From Trichosphaerium sp. ATCC 40318 (lineage: Eukaryota; Protista; Tubulinea), in NCBI GenBank assembly GCA_038496445.1, contig JALMLS010000566.1:1-40537 (forward strand): a stretch of 40,537 bases of DNA, in the 5' to 3' direction. Below are positions 11,903 to 22,285 of the stretch, piece by piece. A program made the translations under genes and the position numbers. The notes beneath the pieces were generated by a model that was not told the DNA's origin, did no database searches, and worked only from the letters and a program-made list of their open reading frames with translations. Within the stretch, counting starts at the first letter, position 1. The number at the start of each line of letters is the position of its first letter.

Positions 11903-14840
11903 TTAAAAATACTGTAATGGAGAGTCATGACTTATGTCTGTGTTTTGTATTTCTATTTCATCTCCGAAAAGGATATTATCTTTATACTCTGGTACTAAGA
12001 ATGAATCTATGATTTCTTCTTGTTTTTCATCAAAAAACGAGCTAAATTCTGGTTGACATCTCTCTACTGTCAAGTCTATCTTTGGTTCGTTGCTACAAAT
12101 TAAATTAATGTCTGGTACTTTTACTTGTACATCAGACGCATTCCGAGGACTAGTGACACTACACCAACATTAGAAAAAACGAGAAACTCCAAAAAAAGAA
12201 AAAAAAAGAGCTAGAATTTGTTATTGCTTCTCTTATTGATGTTTAGAAGTTTGACCGCACGTGATCGAGAATATACGGTTTTTTGGCGCGAGAATATCAA
12301 ACGAAGGGAAAAATCACGTGCAGGGTTAACGTACACTTCAACAATATTTGTTGGTTTGGTTCTTTGTATTTCTTCAATTGTATCTTTAAAATGTGACATA
12401 TCATATCCATACGCGATAGCTTCATCATAGAGAGCTCTACATTGAATATTTACTACAATAGTATAACATAATAATATACTTACTTTGTGAGCATATTAGA
12501 TGTTCTCCAAGTGTTTGCCAAGTCAATCATTGTTCGAAACGTCTTTTTAGAAACAGTCAGAAAAAAGCTCGTGTTTGCGAAATGTTTGCGTTGCATACCT
12601 CTAAAAACAATAACTGGTCATTTGTTCTTATTGCGATAAAGCAACAGTTGTAAGCTGTAAAGTAGCATCCAGGGAAACATGAAATATTTGGACATTGAGT
12701 GTATGAGGACCAAGCTTTTCTAGCTCCCTTAAAAAAAATTATTTAAAGACAGAAAATAATGTGTCATACCTCAAGAGCCATGGTGTGATAAGATCCTGCG
12801 AGATTAACAACAGAGGTAAGAGTCATAATTAGGATAGAAAAGAACGTTACATTCAAAGGGCTCGAAGAACTCATCTCTTGGATGAGAAATTCTTCTGCCT
12901 CTTTCAACTGACACATGAAAGCTGTGTGTTCAATTGCCGACTAACAATGCATGTCAACAAACAACCAAGAGACTATAACAAATGCCTAACCAATTGCAGT
13001 AGGTCAGCCTTTTCTACACCCCATGATGAGCTATACCAAGGAAGCTTGGAAACGCCAAACCAAATCTAAAAAAAGAATTAGAAACACGTGATTTAGTAAC
13101 ATAGAGCCACCGGTCGTAAGATTGATTTTAACGTACACCAGCAAGAGAAGCCCATAACCTCTGTATAATCTCAACTTGTTTTAGAGGCCTAGCATTAGGT
13201 CCATAGCTAAGTTTAGATACTCTTTGTAAAACTCTTTCGTGTATATCAACAATATCTTCACTGGAGAAGGAAAAAATGAGTTCGCTAGCAACTTCTAGGT
13301 ATTTTACCGTGAGCTGTTTAGGATGTCTTTGTGGTGTAAAAGAAAGTTTGTATCTAAACGTTCAATAAGATCAGTGGATTCTTTATCATCAACGCTAGTA
13401 AGAGCATGCTTTAGATGGTTTGTAACGCCTAATGAAAGGAAATAAGAAAACAACTCGGGATTTTTTATATTCCGAACTGCGAAAATCACGAGTGACATGT
13501 AACTATACCGTGAGCTATTTGAAGATAGAACTGACCATCTGCTCCATTTTCAATTGTGTTAACGTATATACCGAGAGTGTAGGCACCAACTAGATAATAT
13601 TAATAAAAGGGTTATGAATTCGTCATGTTCGGAAAAAAAATAACGCACGCGCAACGATTGGGTCTTTGGTGTCAACAAGGTTACGCAGAATCTGTTTGCC
13701 CATATCAATAAATTTATCTGCATGATTTATATAACCTGTAAGCCTTGCTCCCCAAGCCATACAAGCCAAATTCTCAAGCATTGAAGGATCATGAAGCCAC
13801 TCTGAAATTTCGGTTACTTGTTTACGATTTTTTGGGTTTTTTTACAAAAACAAGTTTAAAGTGTGTACAACTCCCAAGGGATTTCTCGGCACAAAGGAGA
13901 GTCGGTAGCGTAGGATGATTGTTGGTTTAATTACTGAGAATCGTAAAAAGTTCTAGCGCATTTTTTGATGCACATTAAAAAGGTGCTTACTGTTATCTTC
14001 ATGCAAAGCATCGAGAATTGTCCTTGTATCAAACACAGGTACAGGTGAAGCCTTAAAACAAGGTCAGTATTTTCATCCTGTTTATGAATTATCTACTAAA
14101 AAAGTAATTCGTCAAGCGAAATGTATTCACAAAGTAACGTTTTATATGTACCAAAGCACGTGATATTTCGTTTTTGGTATACTTTAATAAAAAATCCGAA
14201 AAAAAATCGTAAACGTTTGATTCACGCACATGCCATGGGTCCATGATATTTCTGTATAAGTCCATGTACCCATTAATATTAGATACAAGTCCTATACGTG
14301 CTTGTAAAACCCAATCTTTTACCTACAACTAGCGCATCAAAAATTCTGTGAGAAAAAACAAAAAATAAAAGGCTTCGCTTTCTACATTGAGCAATTAACT
14401 TTTTTACGCACAGGAGAAGCTGTAGCTTTATCATATAGTGTCTTTAATCTTACTACTTCTCTTTTTTGTTCTTCCAATTGTAATCTTACAGTTTCCAACT
14501 CTTCCAACATTGTAACTCTATGTCCTATCCAGAACAAAGTCACTCAAGTGAAAAAAGAAAATAAATTAAACAAAAAAAAAAAACCGTTTGTTACTTCCTG
14601 TTAGCGCCTTTATATAAAACCACGCTAGATAAATACAAGTGCCATTTTCGCAGATGTTACAACATTACCTTGCACTGGACCTCGTTTTCTTGGTCTAGCA
14701 TAGCTGCATTTCACTTTAAGTTCAATACAACGCTCACAGGGACGCTGTCCGTTACACTTCTTGTGTCTTGCCCTGCATAGCTTACAAGCGCGTTTACTTG
14801 GTGCTTCTTTTGATGTACGCTTTCTCTTACGCGTACTCAT
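11903..14840 (-). CDS. Zn(II)2Cys6 (Gal4-type) transcription factor, multi-exon
   Basis: MSTRKRKR (NLS-like), then RACKLCRARHKKCNGQRPCERCIELKVKCSY (C-x2-C-x6-C-x5-C-x2-C-x6-C) and RKRGP, spliced to a coiled coil (MLEELETVRLQLEEQKREV). Helical middle exons and an acidic C-terminus ending ...SPLQYF* at 11903-11905. Linking the downstream exons to this gene is inferred from compatible splice phases. Confidence 0.8.
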
Positions 14841-15169
14841 TGTTGTTACGCCGAAATTATTATTATTACAAGCACGTGGAATCAAAAAAGCGAAAACTTA
14901 ATGACACGTGACTTGAAAAGGTCTTTATTAGGATGGTATCTCTATGGAATCTTTAAAAAAGCTAATAAACATATCTGGGATAAAAAAACCAAAACGAAAC
15001 ACGTGTTTTATTGACAGTTGTCACCGTTATACGTCACTTTTTATCAAGGTATTTGTGATTCTTTTGTACTGGCTGGCGTTTGATACTATTAAAAAACAAA
15101 GCTGGTATTCTATTTTAGGGTGAAAAAACAGAATCGAAATACAAATAGTGGAGGAACACATAGTGTTTT

Positions 15170-16053
15170 TTAATTGTCTACAGATACTACAACGCTCAAT
15201 GGATAAACCTTGTTAACAACTGAACCTTGCGCAAATATAGTGTACACTAAACCGGCACGTAATTGTAAGTCTTGAATTTTTAGAAGAGGCTTGCGGTCAG
15301 AGAAAGCTAAATGACATAAGACACTGAAAAAAAAGACAAATTTCAAGAAAAATGAGGCTTACTTCTCACGGTTAGAAAGTATGAACCTGGTTCTACAGCA
15401 ACGTATTCACTGTCTTGCGTGTACGAAATATCTTTGAATAACTCTATGTTGCCATCATCCACAACGACATCAACGGCAGGTGCATCTTCAACCAAGTGGA
15501 CAAGGCGCACCATTGACAATTTCTTTTCACAATCAGTTTCAAGTAGCTATCTCGTGCATAGGTACCTTTTGAGGTGCAAACACATCTTTAATAAGAAGAG
15601 GTCCGATGGTAGTAAAAGCTCCGCCAATAATAGCAAGTGTATACAAATTATCACCTTCTACAGGAAGCCTTGGTTGATTTAGTGTTGATTTTTTCGACAA
15701 GGTCAGAAAAAAAGATCGTTTTTGTCAAAAAGAGTACAGTGTATCAACGAGAGCAGGGAACTTTTCTCCGGTGGAAAATGCCTTTAAACGAATTATAGGT
15801 GCCTCAAACACTGGTCTATAGATAGTATCAACCGGCGCAAGGTACTGAATATTGTCTCTAAACTAAACAAAGTAAGTCGAAACTACCGGTGGAAATCTAC
15901 TGGTCATTTCGCACGTGCCCTGATGAACCCTTGTGGCGGATCGGTGCGGATATCGATACCAGGAGAATCCCTTACGCTATTGATAACGCGTAGGCTCGCA
16001 GCATTCGAAATGGTGGTAGTGACAGCAAGTATTAGAAGGACGTATTGCAGCAT
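15170..16053 (-). CDS. Secreted DUF4397-like protein, multi-exon
   Basis: Signal peptide MLQYVLLILAVTTTISNA. Two related modules: LRVINSVRDSPGIDI...LYTLAIIG and VRLVHLVEDAPAVDVVVD...LFKDISY..SEYVAVEPGSY...LRAGLVYTIFAQG. Confidence 0.78.
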
Positions 16054-16325
16054 GTTGGTTTTTGTGATACTAAAATTAATCTTTCGCTTTCTCCAATCGT
16101 ATGTTTGATGTTCCGACCACGTGTGATCCAAGAACACCTACTGTAACAATACAATAGCCAAATATCAATCACAGGTAGCATGAAAGGGAAGAACAGGTAC
16201 AAAAAAATCGAAACAAAGTTGTACCGACCTGCTAAAGTACCAGTAGTGGTAAAAACCAGATGCTACATGAGCTACAACCAAAGCAGCCAAATAACTTCAA
16301 ATACATCGAGGTAGCTTCTACTTTT

Positions 16326-18199
16326 TTATGATGAACAAAAAGGCTCAATGGGTGGAATGTACATCTCGTGGGTTAGTTTAATGTAAGTAACTATTTTCTC
16401 ATTTTGCGCTAGAAGATGGATAGGAATACTATTTGGAAAAGTACAGTCACAAAACGTGGCAACATCACAGCGAAGTGAAGTGACTGAATAATCAACACAA
16501 AACTCACTGCTGACGTTAATACAAGAGTCAAGAGACAAGTTCTATAAGAGTAACGGAATCACGTGTAGCGGCAAATCTTACAACCCCATTTACAGACAAA
16601 GTAGGCTGCTTTGTATCAAGCAAGCGAGTTGGAAAATTCAGGCCGTTGATAAGCTTCTCATTTAGTGTCAACGTGCTAACTTCTATCGTATCTACCACTA
16701 TTGGTATACCTTTCCATATTTAAACCACAATACTCCATGGTTTCTATGGACCGGCACGGTAAAAAGTTGACTTGGTTTAATACAATTATTGTTTTTTTAT
16801 TTCTGTTATACAACTTTTTGGCATGTGTACATTGCGAGTTGACATGTATCATTTAATACACGTGCACTTCTGTGTGTTACTTTGTATGTACGAGGTGGTA
16901 ATCCAAGAAGCGTTTCAATGGGAGAATCTAACATAGACTGTCAGTATAAAAAAAACTGAAAAAATATTCGTACCTCTCTTTTCTTTTGTGTTAATAAGAA
17001 GTGTTGCGATAAAAGATGATGGTTTATACATATCCAGTATACGTTCAACAAGTACATCATATTGTTCTTGTGCTGCGTTCGTCTCAAAACTAACAAACGA
17101 GAATTCTTTTTGTGGAGTAACATGAGTGGTGAAGAAATTCTAAAGCAAAAAAAACAACGTCAGTTTACACCAAGAAAAAAAAAAGCATGTGATCCAAAAC
17201 AACCAAATAAAATACAATAATCCTTCTACATTACCACAACAGAAAATAAAATGCCAAGAAATTGCATACAAGTCAAAAAACAATTAAAAAAAAAAGAAAA
17301 AAATGAGAAAAAAAAAGGTACCTTTTGTGACAGTCCATTTACTGAGTAACCACAAGGTTCAAAAAGGAATTCGCTTGTTGTAGCAGGTTCATTTGATATT
17401 ATAGTAGACATTCCAGTACTTTTTGTTATTCCTTTTGCTGTTCTACCTTCCTTGGCGTAAAAACTTTGAGAGACTTTTTCGTCGATCTGAGTCATCATTA
17501 TCTCAAAATGTTGATACTTCCCAAGCGCAGGTATATGATTTTCAGATGGTCTAGCGAGGTACAAGTACCAGTTATCAGTCGATGATGGATTTCCGAGCGT
17601 ATAACCCGTTCCTGCAAAGTGTTTGTTCAAGTATTCTACCTACAGCGGTTTTAGTACGTTTAGGAGCGTTTGGACGGTTTTTGCGTTGTTGGTGAACTTA
17701 GAGAGATCGGTTTTAATAAAACAAGCTGTTTCGTACCTCTTCGTCAAAGTTACGGTGCGGAAAGTGCTGTTTTGAAGGTTCCATGTAGCTTTTACGTGAG
17801 TAAGCCACAAATGACACAGAAGTCTTTGCGCGTTGCGAAAATTCCATGAGAGTATCAAGGCATCGTAGTAGTCTCGTCTCGCCGCATGTTTTGAGTACAA
17901 CTTTGTTGGAAAATACAAATAAGCTCGATTCTGATAGTACATACGCGTCACAATGATCGTTGGATGTTTGTGATAGAATATCGCATCGAATATGGCGTAG
18001 TAGAGTCAACCAGTCATTTTTCTTAATTACTCTCATCCCCATTGTATTATCTGTAGAACATGAAAACTCTACGTCTAGGCGCTTTTCCGCTCCTTCAAAA
18101 AAATCTGTAGGCCTTTGGGAAAATAAGCGAAACGAAACACTGAATGTCATCGTGAATTAGCCCCTAATAATGGTATACGTACACCTCAATATTCATCAT
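16326..18199 (-). CDS. AMD1: S-adenosylmethionine decarboxylase proenzyme (eukaryotic type); 3' exons uncertain
   Basis: MMNIEV|PTDFFEGAEKRL, DAYVLSESSLFV (autocleavage/pyruvoyl site), LKTCGETRLL, QHFPHRNFDEE|VEYL, FEPCGYSVNG and THVTPQKEFSFVSFETN. The C-terminus ends either near 16807 or, with three further exons, at 16326. Confidence 0.95.
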
Positions 18200-18379
18200 C
18201 TTAGTGTTGATACGTTACAGTGGAATAAGCACTCAATTAATACGGTTAGAGCTAGAAGCATGCACACAGTTGTTTTTATGGGTTTAATTACGCGTTTTAA
18301 TTATTATAATAAAACCTTGACGCGAGAGGGTTTAGAAGAGAGAGGCTTTCTTTTTCAGAATCCTTTGAAATCTTTGGTT

Positions 18380-18453
18380 TTAAGTCAACTTGATCAAATT
18401 CATATGAAAAACCCAGAACGAACATCCACACGAACGTCAAAAATGTCCGCCAT
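18380..18453 (-). promoter_or_regulatory. Candidate uORF(s) in the SAMDC 5' leader
   Basis: ATG at 18453. Unspliced it reads MADIFDVRVDVRSGFFI* (18453-18400), overlapping by ATGA a second ORF MNLIKLT* (18403-18380). Removing a 47-nt GTTCGT...AAG intron (18435-18389) gives MADIFDLT*. Confidence 0.6.
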
Positions 18454-19280
18454 AGTAGAAGCTTCTAGACTACACCTAGTTCACTTAAACAATGGCCGGA
18501 ATTTAGTTAGCGCTTAAAGATGATTGCGAGACGGCTATTCTTGGTCTCTCTGGAGAAAAAGAAACCCACAGTTTAGTGGGTGACACAACAAGGTACAATA
18601 AGAAACTTAAATTGAACGTCAACGTTAAAGATAACAAGTTAGCACGTGGAGAAAGGTAACATTATCTATTATTTTCAGATTCTAAGTTGGTCACAGCGCA
18701 ACTCATGCTGCATGAGAGAAACCTATGATCTTGTATTGCCATAATCCCAATCGCGTGGGTTTCTTGTAATTAACCTTTTGACAGAACTATGGTGTTTGTG
18801 TTGTGTTTCATAATTTCTGTCTCAATGGGTTGAAATAACGCTCTTCCGTTATGAATATAAGCAATATTCATATTTATAGCACCAAACGGCAAATATTCAT
18901 AGACAAAAGAAAAACCGTCACTTACAACGTATTCATGTGTGCAGTACTCTTATCTGTAATGCGTTATTGTAGTTCTTATGGTAATAGAATTGTAACTGCC
19001 AAACGTAAACCAATGCTGCGCGATCAATTTTCTACTGCGTAAGTGGCAGCAAAAAGGGCATGAATAATGAATGAATTTTTTTAGTCATGAATATTTGTGA
19101 ATATAGGCTGTATTTGATTATTCAAATTATTCATTCATAACGGAAGGGCGTTAGGTTGAAAGGCTCTAAATTAAAAAAAGAAAATGCCAACAAAGCAATC
19201 AATTTATTTATAGTGTGCTGAACACTAGCACTGAGAACCAAGTAACAACGTGGATGTGGTTACTATATAGATACACTTGC

Positions 19281-19675
19281 TTACTTACATTCATAACGGA
19301 ATACACCACCGTTCCCTTTCATCAAACCATCGAAATGATTACATCTTCCTGCGCTAGGTGTTCGCTTATTGCATCGTCTACCACAGTTTTTCTTGCCTGA
19401 TATGTGTTCAAACTATATTTTGAAGTGAGTCGAAATTTGAGCAGCGTAGACAATGCAGAAGTGCGTACGTAATCATATTTCTCGCTAGGGCAAGATCCCC
19501 AACGGTCGGCGCAAAAAGTTCCAGACTCTCCGTCAGTGCTTTCATACAGCCTCGAGCACCATTTGCCTACGCACGATTCTACCTCTTCGTCATTTCCTGA
19601 TACAGGACATGCGAACATAAAGACTACAAACAGAATAGCCAAGGATAGCGTCGGTATTAAAGAAAAGTTGCTCAT
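19281..19675 (-). CDS. Small secreted cysteine-rich protein (8 Cys in the mature part), 2 exons
   Basis: MSNFSLIPTLSLAILFVVFMFACPVSG-NDEEVESCVGKWCSRLYESTDGESGTFCADRWGSCPSEKYDY|FEHISGKKNCGRRCNKRTPSAGRCNHFDGLMKGNGGVFRYECK*, with a GTACGC...ATAG intron. This second-exon frame differs from the ORF track. Confidence 0.75.
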
Positions 19676-20159
19676 TGTAAGGCAACAATAGTTTTTTGAA
19701 TGAAAATGTTGTGAGTTTTCAAGAGTTTGTCCGATGAATCCCCGATTTCTGTGAAAATTGAAACCGCGACACTCACGTAAAACCTCCTTGACCACGTTGG
19801 TCTCCGAGCCATACTGAATATTAGACGAGTTAGATGGTCTTATTACAGTCTTTGTTACTTCAAGCGACCTTTCGTGTCTTGTTTACGACTCACAGAGTAA
19901 GCACAAGGAGTGAAACGCTCCGCGAAACTACGTGGTTTTCTGGAGAGAAATACAGAAAAAATACCGCACGTGACTGAAAAAAAAAAGCCAAAGGAAGCTA
20001 CCTTTCGTTGAACAAAGGTAACACTAAACTACACGACTCTCACAACACCACATGAGGACTACACAAATACACGAGATATGGTCTCAACTGTCGACTCACT
20101 TCAAAGTGTCGTAGATGGCATACAAAATTTAGTTATTTACCCACTAACAGTGTTTTCGT

Positions 20160-20393
20160 ATGTTCAAAAAACTCACAGGATTGGAACAATATCAGGTATA
20201 TAAACTTGGATCTGGATTTTTGGTAATGAAGGTTTTTAACTCCGAAAGTGATTTTGAAAAAGTGCAAAGGTATTCTAAATATTTCGAAGCTCTCTCCTTC
20301 GGAGGCTGCTTCAGATATCGTGATAATGCCAAAAGAGCACGTGATACTTCTAAAGATGATGATATTAGACGTTATTGTTCTGCGTTACAATAA
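20160..20393 (+). pseudogene. Possible ORF1 remnant of the retroelement (RRM-like)
   Basis: QVYKLGSGFLVMKVFNSESDFEKV resembles the RRM/DUF4283-like pattern of L1-clade ORF1 and sits at the element's 5' end. Confidence 0.35.
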
Positions 20394-20399
20394 CAATAC

Positions 20400-21115
20400 T
20401 ATTGTAGGGTATACAAATGGCTAATTTATTTCCAAATTAAGCACAATCAATCTACATGTGTGGATTATTTATCACAACATTGTTGCATCTGAAGATTGAT
20501 TTGGGTATTGTAGGGTATCTAAATGACTAATTTTTATCTAAATCGGGCGACTAAATCAATCTAAGGGTATTGGTGACAAATAACTAATTTATTTCCAAAT
20601 TAAGCACAATCAATCTACATGTGTGGATTATTTATCATAACATTTGATTGAATTTTGGAGTATTGGCAACAAATAACTAATTTATATCTAAATCAGGACT
20701 ATTTATGTCTAAATCGGGTATTAGTTATCAAAATATTGTCGCATCTTTAGATTGATTTGGGTATTGGCGACAAAACACTAAATTTATTACTAAATTGGCG
20801 ACTAAATCAATCTTGGGTAATGGCGACAAATAACTAATTTATATTTAAATTAGGACTATTTATGTCTAAATCGGGTGTTAGTTATCAAAACATTGTCGCA
20901 TCTTTAGATTGATTTGGGTATTGGCGACAAATAGCTAATTTTTATCTAAAGCAAGACTATTTATTGATTGATTTTTGGGAGTATTGGCAACAAATAACTA
21001 ATTTATATCTAAATTAGGACTATTTATGTCTAAAATGGGTTATTAGTTATCAAAACATTGTCGCATCTTTAGATTGATTTGGGTATTGGTGACAAAACAC
21101 TAATATTTACCCTTA
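20400..21115. repeat. Complex tandem array I within the retroelement
   Basis: About 9 copies of a core resembling GGGTATTGGCGACAAATAACTAATTTATATCTAAAT, interleaved with TTAGTTATCAAAACATTGTCGCATCTTTAGATTGATTT blocks. No open frame. Confidence 0.9.
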
Positions 21116-21462
21116 TTAGGACAAGGTGTATAAGGGTAATACGGTCCGCCTATTTATTCCTTTGCGGTCCCATACAGATTTACATATCTGATAGGAACAC
21201 TTACAGAGTAAAAGTTTTGTTGTTGTAGCTTGTGAGATACAAAATTTCTACTCCATGTTTGACTCGTCATATTTCCAATTTGTTTTTGATAATTTTGTAT
21301 TGATTTTTGTTTGTTATTTTCCTGTTTTTGTAAGACTTCGATATGGTTGTGGGTTTGGGTGGGTGCTATCGTAGGATTGCGGAAACGTTGTTACGTTCAA
21401 GGAACAAAAGGGCTTAAGAATACTTAGTATTGTTAATGTCCTTGAACAATAACTACAATTAG

Positions 21463-22285
21463 TTAAGTACCACTACTTATACACATAATAACCCTAATAG
21501 TGACGCATTTGAATATGGGTTTATACTTCAACTTGTAAAGGATTGGACCTTGAGCTGTTTATAGTTGTAGTTTATCAATCAATAATCATTATCAATGTCA
21601 ATTTGGTTAAGCATGTGTACTTAAAACAAAATAGCCCGTATCAATAAAACTCAGTGATTGATTATGCATTGTTGGTTAAGGACATCAACTTAAAATGAAA
21701 TAGCCCGTATCAAAGTACAACTTTTCAATCACCTTTTGAATGTGATTAAGGATGTGTACTTAAAACGTAATGACTCTAATGGTGGCAAATACAACATTGG
21801 TTGTTGGCGAGGGTTTTAAAAAATCTAATTTGTAATTGTAAACGTTTTTGGAATCAATCTGGTAACTGTGTTAAGTAGGTGAACTTAGATCGTAATAGCA
21901 ACAATCAATCTAGATAAAGTACATTAAGGATGTGTGCTTAATGCATAATGGCAACAATCAATCTAGTCTTAATGTGTTAAGGATGTGTGCTTAAACTACG
22001 AAAGCAACAATCAATCTAGATAAGGTGCATTAAGGATGTGTGCTTAATGCATAATGGCAACAATCAATCTTAGAGTAATGGCTATTCACTAGTGCTAAGT
22101 AATACAACTTAATGCAAGATAGCAACAATCAATCTAGATAAAGTACATTAAGGATGTGTGCTTAATGCATAATGGCAACAATCAATCTAGTCTTAATGTG
22201 TTAAGGATGTGTGCTTAAACTACGAAAGCAACAATCAATCTAGATAAGGTGCATTAAGGATGTGTGCTTAATGCATAATGGCAAT
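21463..22285. repeat. Tandem array II: 53-bp units with a 224-bp higher-order repeat, built on the palindrome TTAAG-N8-CTTAA
   Basis: Unit starts (GCAACAATCAATCT) at 21898, 21951, 22004, 22057, 22122, 22175, 22228 and a partial one at 22281. More degenerate copies extend upstream to 21463. Confidence 0.9.

Noticed and set aside
18170-18517. Plus-strand 115-aa ORF opposite the SAMDC leader
   Set aside because: No recognisable motif and antisense to SAMDC exon 1 and leader; probably chance.
21463-22285. CRISPR-like array
   Set aside because: Sequences between the palindromes are themselves repeated rather than unique spacers, no cas genes are present, and the context is a eukaryotic retroelement.
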